DNA of 5,317 nucleotides, from the NCBI RefSeq assembly GCF_006345805.1, contig NW_021830040.1:1-5317 (forward strand), read 5' to 3'. A program made the translations under genes and the position numbers. Origin of the DNA: Octopus sinensis (lineage: Eukaryota). Position 1 is the stretch's first letter; every line of letters begins with the position of its first letter. The notes below the pieces were generated by a model that worked only from the letters and a program-made list of their open reading frames with translations, ran no database searches and was not told where the DNA came from. Shown here piece after piece: positions 1-5,317 of the stretch.

Positions 1-100
1 GTGCATGAGTATATGACTATCTAAATGAGTATATATGTGTTTATGTGAGTATTGGTGCATATGTATTTGTGTGTTTGTATACGTTGGTGCATTTATCATG
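1..100. repeat. Degenerate GT/AT-rich low-complexity (eroded microsatellite-like) sequence
   Basis: Alternating purine/pyrimidine runs (atatatgtgt, gtgtgtttgtat) with recurring atgagtatat (5-14, 25-34) and ttggtgcat (52-60, 84-92). Confidence 0.6.
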
Positions 101-273
101 ATGTGTACCAGTAAATCCTTTGCAGCATGACGATTTACAATCTGTTTCATAATGTCCTCTCTTATCTAGATACTACAACTCTCTACTCATCTGGCTTTCC
201 TTCTGTGTCAAACCACTTGACCTATCATCACATTGTTTCGTTACTAACCCCATATTGTTAAATATATCACTAT

Positions 274-304
274 GTGCACCTTTTGTTACAGACAACAGGT
301 GCAC
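274..304. repeat. Short inverted repeat / potential hairpin
   Basis: gtgcaccttttgt (274-286) pairs with acaacaggtgcac (292-304) at 12 of 13 positions, with a 5-nt loop tacag. Confidence 0.7.
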
Positions 305-625
305 TATCCTGCCTCCCCTCTTTCTACAGAATGCTTTATATATGTTGAGTATTTATATAAAATGCTTGGGAGAGGGTCCAAATTTTGACTGTCTGAGGAC
401 ATGTTCTGTAGAGTTCATTGCTTTATTTACTACATTTATAAACTGAATTTATGAATTACATGTATAATGTAACAGTGTTAATTAATTACCAAATACAAGA
501 ACATGTGTAACAGATAAAATAAAGGAATACCAAGTTCATGTTTTATGTTTTCCTCTCGTCATACAGACATACATACACATGACATGATGTAGAATGCTGT
601 GTACTGTAATAGAGGCCACAGTTCA

Positions 626-672
626 CAATAGGATTAAAAATACTTACCAACAATAAGATTAAAAGTACTTAC
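626..672. repeat. Imperfect 22-nt direct repeat with a 25-nt period
   Basis: caataggattaaaaatacttac (626-647) versus caataagattaaaagtacttac (651-672); 20 of 22 bases identical. Confidence 0.85.
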
Positions 673-724
673 ATACATGACTCCACAAAGGTTAAAGCAG
701 TAGAGGCACACTTGGAAATGCAGC
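673..724 (-). other. Candidate short host-gene exon on the minus strand (52 nt, or 48 nt with an alternative donor)
   Basis: The minus strand reads TTTTTTTCTTTCTTGCAAG|GCTGCATTTCCAAGTGTGCCTCTACTGCTTTAACCTTTGTGGAGTCATGTAT|GTAAGT. It has a polypyrimidine tract with AG at 726-725 and a GTAAGT donor at 672-667 (alternative GTATGT at 676-671). GC is about 44% (23/52), higher than the AT-rich flanks. Two of three frames are open (LHFQVCLYCFNLCGVMY or CISKCASTALTFVESC). The acceptor is the weaker AAG type, and I do not recognise the protein. Confidence 0.3.
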
Positions 725-1000
725 CTTGCAAGAAAGAAAAAAACATGCATAATGAGTTTTAATATGAATTGCTGAAATAAGAGATTGCATTTGCATTTTT
801 CTTACTACCGTCATATGTTTAAATTACTATTATATATCTGTTTTTGCTTATTTTGTTTTGTCTTTAAGGCATTTGAAAGTGGAAATAGAATAAAAAACAG
901 AAATATACAAAAGAGAAATTTAACAAATATTTGAAAAGAGATATTACAAATAGGACAGAAACAAATTATACATACAAATGATTTACAAATAAACTGTGGA

Positions 1001-1016
1001 AAATAAATAAATAAAT
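1001..1016 (+). repeat. (AAAT)4 microsatellite within an A-rich tract
   Basis: aaataaataaataaat, read directly from the sequence. Confidence 0.7.
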
Positions 1017-1470
1017 GCCTATAAAAACAGAAAGAAATACAGCTACAAAACAGAATTAAACACAGGCAAAAATAAAGGTATATATTTTTGAAATCATAAT
1101 TATAAAGGGACATAAAACTTGGTGTCTCAGACAAATCATAAATGAACATAATGAGATGTTCTAAATTATTAACATTGAGAAAAAATAGTACCAGTAATAT
1201 AAAGAGTCGACTGAACCAGCTGATAACAAGATTTACAAAGTATTCTTCAGATTCAAAAAGTAAAACACTTCTGCTTGTTTGTCATGAAACTTCACTAAAA
1301 TTGATTTCACAAAAATTACCAAATGTAATTGCTCCAAATGTGCACAAATGAATTCATAATTGTTGACTTAAATGATTCAAAAGTTTCAATGAGAGCAATA
1401 ACCATTAATAGATTTATTTGTTTTCCATGTGGCAGTAGTGTTAAATACTTCCAGACTACCATTATTATAA

Positions 1471-2142
1471 TTCAATATCTATACTCCAGGCCTTCATGGA
1501 AAAAGAAGAAAACTGGAAGAGACAATGCTTAAAAATGAAAATACAACCCTTGAAGAGATCACAGAAATAATAAATACAGGAGGAGAAGAGAAATTAATTG
1601 TCTTCGTGGAGGGTAGAAAACCCAGATGTTTTAACTGTGGGTTGAAAGGCCACATCAGGGCGGAATGCAATCCGGAAGGAGAAAAAAAACAAGAAGAAGA
1701 AAAACCAGAAGTAACAGTTGAAACGCCAGCACCAATAATACCAATATTGACAGAAGAGAGTGAAGAGAAAGACAGAGAGGAGGGGTGGTCGACTGTGTTT
1801 AAAAATATGAGGATAAAAAAAAACACAGACCACCCCTACCAAACTGAATCGAAAAAAGAAAAAAGAGCAAGAAAAAGATTCAAATTACATGGCCATTAAG
1901 GCAGTTATTTCATCTGCCAAACGGGTTGGAAATGCAAAATTGAAAGACTTTATAATGTACAGGATAGGCCGGAAGGATTACAAAAGTCCGAATTCTTTCA
2001 CGACGTAGGCCCCCTCAGAATGGATTTTTCTCCATATATTTATGAGGGCTTATGTCCAAATACCTCATGAGCCCTGGCAAAGGATAAAGAAAAAGAAGAG
2101 AAGAAAGAAGGAACGTTGAACCACTGATACAGGGGTAAGTAA
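1471..2142 (+). pseudogene. ORF1 remnant (gag-like nucleic-acid-binding protein) of the LINE
   Basis: The frame of ORF 1525-1899 is open from 1471 and contains LIVFVEGRKPR-CFNCGLKGHIRAEC, an E/K-rich spacer, EGWSTV and a basic KKEKRARKR stretch. The same frame still reads protein-like past TAA 1897 (GSYFICQTGWKCKIERLY...HDVGPLRMDFSPYIYEGLCPNTS*ALAKDKEKEEKKE), with stops at 2068, 2125 and 2140. The extent beyond 1899 is inferred. Confidence 0.75.
1627..1668 (+). other. CX2CX4HX4C zinc knuckle coding segment in ORF1
   Basis: Translates to CFNCGLKGHIRAEC, an exact CCHC knuckle spacing with the typical aromatic residue after Cys1 and Gly before His. Confidence 0.92.
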
Positions 2143-2149
2143 TGTGAGC

Positions 2150-2835
2150 ATTCATGTAGGTTGTCTAAATGTGCATGGCCTGGGGTCGAGCTGAAAGCAA
2201 GGCTGCTTCCTTAACAACATCAGCTCACATAATTTGGATGTCATTGTTGCTACAGAAACCTGATTAAGGGGGCCAAGTGATCTGCTCCACTGTTGGACGG
2301 CTACGAGAGTTTTTTCTCTCCAGGCGGTCCTTCTAGTGGAAGCAGAATGTTGGTTCAGTTAAAAAGAAACCAGGTTTCTGAGAAAAAGTTAATTTTTTCA
2401 GATCCAGAAGGTAGGCTGGTCATCATGGACTTGACATTCAGCTGTGGTAAATTTATCAAACTGGTTGCAATTTACGCACCCACATCAACTGGGCATAGTG
2501 AATATTTTCGGAATCTAGAGAAGTTTCTTGGTACATCACATTCTTTAGTTGTGCTAGGAGACTATAACACAATTTACGAGGCACGTGTAGCTTATGTTGG
2601 CTCGTATAAAGATAGAAAATGTAATCCCTGCTTTCTGGAACTACTAAGTCACTTTGAGCTAGCAGATCCTTATAAGTTGGAATTTCCAAATGCTCCATTG
2701 TGGACTTGGTCAAATAGCAACGGATCTTCCAGGTCATACCTAGATAGAGTGCTAATTAGAAAAGCAGATAGAAATATAGCTAGGTGTCCACAGTTTCATC
2801 TGGTCAGCTACAGTGATCATAAAATGGTCACCTGT
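2150..2835 (+). other. Apurinic/apyrimidinic (APE/EEP-family) endonuclease domain of ORF2
   Basis: IHVGCLNVHGL (2150-2182) and DVIVATET (2237-2260). After a 1-nt frameshift near 2285 come IYAP (2470-2481), GDYN (2557-2568), WTW (2701-2709), SYLDRVL (2734-2754) and SDH (2812-2820). WKLNTSLL follows at 2875-2898. Confidence 0.93.
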
Positions 2836-3469
2836 AAGCTTGACATAGATAAGTTACAGAGAGGCTCCGGCAACTGGAAACTTAATACGTCCCTTTTGGC
2901 GATTAGGGAGTACAGAGACTGGATTAAGTTGATGATTCAGAGGGCATTAACCGGTTCCATTATTAATAATAAATGGTGGTATGCCCTCAAGTGAGCCATA
3001 AAATTTGAGTCTATTAGATATAGCATAGGTTTAGTGGCTAGAGAGGCTAGGAAGGATTTAGCTTTAGTTAAGGATTTAGAGGAAGCAATGAAAACTGGCT
3101 CTGCGACTCAAGTAATGGCCATGAGAATGGTGTTGCATTGTCAGGGCTAGGATTCGTGCAGTGGGTTGTGAGGGAATCAAGGCTGCAGGATGGGCCTGAG
3201 TAGTGGAAGCTCAATGTGGTAATGATGCCATAATACGATCCTTGACGAACCAACAAGGTAAGTTTATAGACAAGCCAGAGGAGATGTGTGAGGCTTTTCA
3301 GGAGCACTTCGCCCAGCTTTTCAGTGGGGGTGGTAGGCCGGATAGTAGTAGGGACCTAACGAACTTCCTCGCCAGGCTGTCGCATGTATAGGGGCAGGTC
3401 GTGGAGTACTGTAAAGAGCCAATCACACCTGAGGAGGTAATTGGGGCCATGGCGGATTGCAATGCGGGT

Positions 3470-4332
3470 AAGGCGCCAGGACTGGATGGTCTACCCTATG
3501 AGCTGTATGCCAGACTTGTTCGGACACCTGCTGGCAAATGTTTATGCAAACTGGCAACAGAACGGGTTTATTCCCAGATCTGTGTGCTGGGGAGTGGTGA
3601 CGCTTGTCAGAAAGGACCCAGTCAAGGGGGATTCCGTTGATAATTTTTGGCCCATCACTCTGCTAAATGCAGAGTTGAAGATTTTGGCCAAAGTTTTATA
3701 GAAAAGATTGGTACGTGTCGTGGATGGTCTGTTCAGGGAGGCACAGACATGTGCCTTACCTGGAAGAACCATCCAGGATAATCTCCATCTTCTATGCTAC
3801 ACTATAGAGGGGTTTAATAGTAATTCTGGCAAGGGTGGGGCACTGATCCATTTAGACCAATCTAAGGCATTTGATAGGGTTGACCATCGCTACCTGGTGT
3901 CCATTCTGGCACAGTTCAGCCTGAGTCTGGCTTCCTCAGGTGGATCATTCAGATTTACGATAACATCAGCTTGGTGGTTCTGGTTCAACATCAAATGCTT
4001 GGTTCATCAAGGGTGTCCGCTCTCCCTGCTTTTGTATGTGATGGCTCTTGAGCCAATACTGTGAAAATTGAGCAGCATCCTGAGACAGCCAGGTAGTGGA
4101 AAATCGATTTCAGCCTACACGGATGACATCACCATCATTGTAACCGAAATGGAACACCCGCAGAGGGTAGGCAAGGCCATTAAGGTTTATGAGATGGTGG
4201 CAGGGGCAAAAAGTTAATCGTGAAAAGTCAGTCAGCTTGCAGCTTGGTACCTGGAGAGGCAAGTCAATGCTTCTTGACAGCATCGTGGGACGTTGGACGG
4301 AGGGACTGATCAAGTTGCTAGGAGTTTGGTTT
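3470..4332 (+). other. Reverse transcriptase domain of ORF2 (non-LTR type), disrupted
   Basis: KAPGLDG (3470-3490), NFWPITLLNAELKILAKVL (3642-3698), LDQSKAFDRVDH (3852-3887), QGCPLS (4008-4025), YTDD (4116-4127), GAK-VNREKS across a +1 A at about 4212, and KLLGVWF (4312-4332). Confidence 0.95.
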
Positions 4333-5045
4333 GGACCAAACCTCCAAATAGAGAACTGGGCCGAGGTAGTGAGCAGGGTGACCTGTATAACCAAGACTTG
4401 TCTTGGCGGCGGCTATACCTGAAAGAGAGGGTGGAAGTAGCCAATGTGTTCATCACATCGGTCATCACCTACCGCCTAACCATCGTTCCTTGCCCTGATT
4501 TGTGGTTGATCAAGCTGGAAAGACAGCTCTTCAACTTCTTGTGGAAGGGCTCGAAACTGCTTGTGAGATGCTCTATTTGCTGCCAACAACCGTTAAAGAG
4601 TGGGCTAGGGATGCCTTGGCTATTGATGCACAGAGATGCACTGAGGTTGAGGCATCTGTGGCTCTACCTGGATGGTGAACAGGTGTGGTCTCTGCTGGTG
4701 AAATGGATGTTTCCCAAGTTCATTAGTCTTGGTGGATGGGAATCCTGGTTCTATTGAAGATTGAAGTTTGGTACATGGTTCTCCTGCTATTCCGTCACTC
4801 AGGCAATGCCTGCAGTGGAGGTTCCACTGCATTCTTTTATAGAGGGCTTGTAGAGGCGAAATGTGATGATACCTTAGGGAAAAACCTTAGGTCTCGATGA
4901 TAATCAGCCGGCCAGTCTGTTCCAATGTACATTCCGGCCGAAGACTCTGGACAACTTTTAGAAGTCTCTGGCATGGCAGTGTTACCAAGGAGCTTTACCT
5001 GTTCAGGACAAGCTCACAAGGCATGGTGGCCACGGCCCTGCAACC

Positions 5046-5098
5046 TGTCCAAGATGTGGGTGGGATAGGGAACCGTCCCTCATGCTATTGCTCAGTGT
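5046..5098 (+). other. C-terminal CX2CX8HX4C zinc finger of ORF2 (L1/Tx1 type)
   Basis: Reads CPRCGWDRE(T)VPHAIAQC after restoring one A at about 5072. It is preceded by KSLAWQCYQGALPVQDKL and followed by VW and later VVWKTR, as is usual for L1-clade C-termini. Confidence 0.85.
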
Positions 5099-5317
5099 CC
5101 GGAGGCATCAGATGTGTGGATTTATGATGAACAACTGTTGTCAAGTGCAGGAAGAATACAGTTATTGACTGAGTCCATACTAAAAATTGACACGCCCGAT
5201 TTCCTTTCGAAAGAAGGTGAGAATTGTTTTTTCAATGTAGTAGCAATTGTGAGAGAGGTAGTTTGGAAGACAAGGCAGAAAACCGTTGGAAGAATGTAGC
5301 ATGGATGTTGCGGGTGA

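Larger units (their letters stand above)
1470..5317 (+). mobile_element. Decayed non-LTR retrotransposon (LINE), L1/Tx1-like: ORF1 (zinc knuckle) plus ORF2 (APE-RT-CCHC). The 5' boundary is approximate and the 3' end runs off the window.
   Basis: Colinear order of diagnostic motifs on the + strand: CCHC knuckle (1627-1668); APE motifs NVxGL, ET, IYAP, GDYN, SYLDR and SDH; WKLNTSLL; RT motifs KAPGLDG, PITLLN, LDQSKAFDRVDH, QGCPLS, YTDD, GAKVNREKS and KLLGV; post-RT PxKSGLGMP; CX2CX8HX4C. N-terminal APE plus the WKLNxSLL linker, a C-terminal CCHC and a knuckle-bearing ORF1 is the L1/Tx1 architecture. Exact clade placement needs an RT phylogeny. Confidence 0.95.
2142..5317 (+). pseudogene. ORF2 (endonuclease/reverse transcriptase polyprotein), disrupted
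   Basis: Manual reconstruction. In-frame stops at 2192, 2261, 2992, 3197, 3389, 3699, 4062, 4755 and 4959. Frame changes near 2285, 3130, 3507, 3927, 3985, 4212, 4400, 4790, 4883, 5072 and 5283. The conserved motifs stay in the correct order across all fragments. Confidence 0.95.

Noticed and set aside
60-260. Minus-strand peptides such as IREDIMKQIVNRHAAKDLL and CKSSCCKGFTG that look protein-like
   Set aside because: Interrupted by stops, with no good acceptor and only a weak donor (GTACAC). No family is recognised.
274-330. Hairpin as a Helitron 3' terminus or histone stem-loop
   Set aside because: There is no CTRR terminus at the expected distance on either strand, and it does not match the histone stem-loop consensus.
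811-1149. 112-aa minus-strand ORF rich in F/I/C/L that looks membrane-like
   Set aside because: An artefact of a T-rich strand, which yields hydrophobic codons and few stops. It has no motif or coding-like composition.
255-1532. Short plus-strand ORFs 255-446, 1142-1351 and 1329-1532
   Set aside because: No recognisable motifs; the lengths are expected by chance in AT-rich DNA.
1494-1842. Minus-strand ORFs 1494-1826 and 1594-1842 (S/F-rich)
   Set aside because: Antisense shadows of the GAA/AAA-rich ORF1.
2045-2075. 10-bp stem with one G:U about 65 nt upstream of the TAATG
   Set aside because: Weak and chance-level; no TGGGA reinitiation motif is nearby.
1490-2140. Compositional contrast between A-rich ORF1 and balanced ORF2, suggesting a chimera of two elements
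   Set aside because: Explained by the E/K-rich ORF1 amino-acid content. ORF1 abuts ORF2 directly in the normal order, with no tail or TSD between them.
4811-4831. Perfect 9-bp hairpin tgcagtgga-ggt-tccactgca
   Set aside because: It lies within ORF2 coding sequence, a stem of this size is plausible by chance in 5 kb, and nothing supports a function.
2456-5127. Minus-strand ORFs overlapping ORF2 (2456-2737, 3068-3307, 3542-3772, 4110-4394, 4620-4832, 4897-5127)
   Set aside because: Short, motif-free shadows of the clearly coding plus strand.
2142-5317. Prokaryotic RT system (retron, group II intron, DGR or CRISPR-associated RT)
   Set aside because: The APE-RT-CCHC layout with a knuckle ORF1 is a eukaryotic LINE. 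No CRISPR array, ncRNA or operon context is present.

Overview
This is eukaryotic, most likely animal, genomic DNA. A cephalopod or other mollusc host is only a low-confidence guess from the style of the element and the degenerate GT/AT low-complexity flank. Positions ~1-1470 are AT-rich non-coding sequence with one possible short minus-strand host exon (724-673). Positions ~1470-5317 hold one decayed, plus-strand non-LTR retrotransposon (LINE) of the L1/Tx1 type. Its ORF1 remnant has an intact CX2CX4HX4C zinc knuckle. Its ORF2 can be rebuilt by hand across about 9 in-frame stops and 11 frameshifts or deletions into AP-endonuclease, reverse transcriptase and a C-terminal CX2CX8HX4C finger. The plus-strand ORFs in the track from 1525 onward are fragments of this one element, and the minus-strand ORFs are shadows. 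The element is dead as written (YTDD instead of YADD). The best leads are at the ORF1/ORF2 junction: a GTAAGT...polypyrimidine-CAG intron-like segment that would fuse ORF1 in frame to ORF2, and an overlapping TAATG stop-start. A strong CpG-deamination footprint runs through ORF2. I see no convincing evidence for a wholly new biological system.
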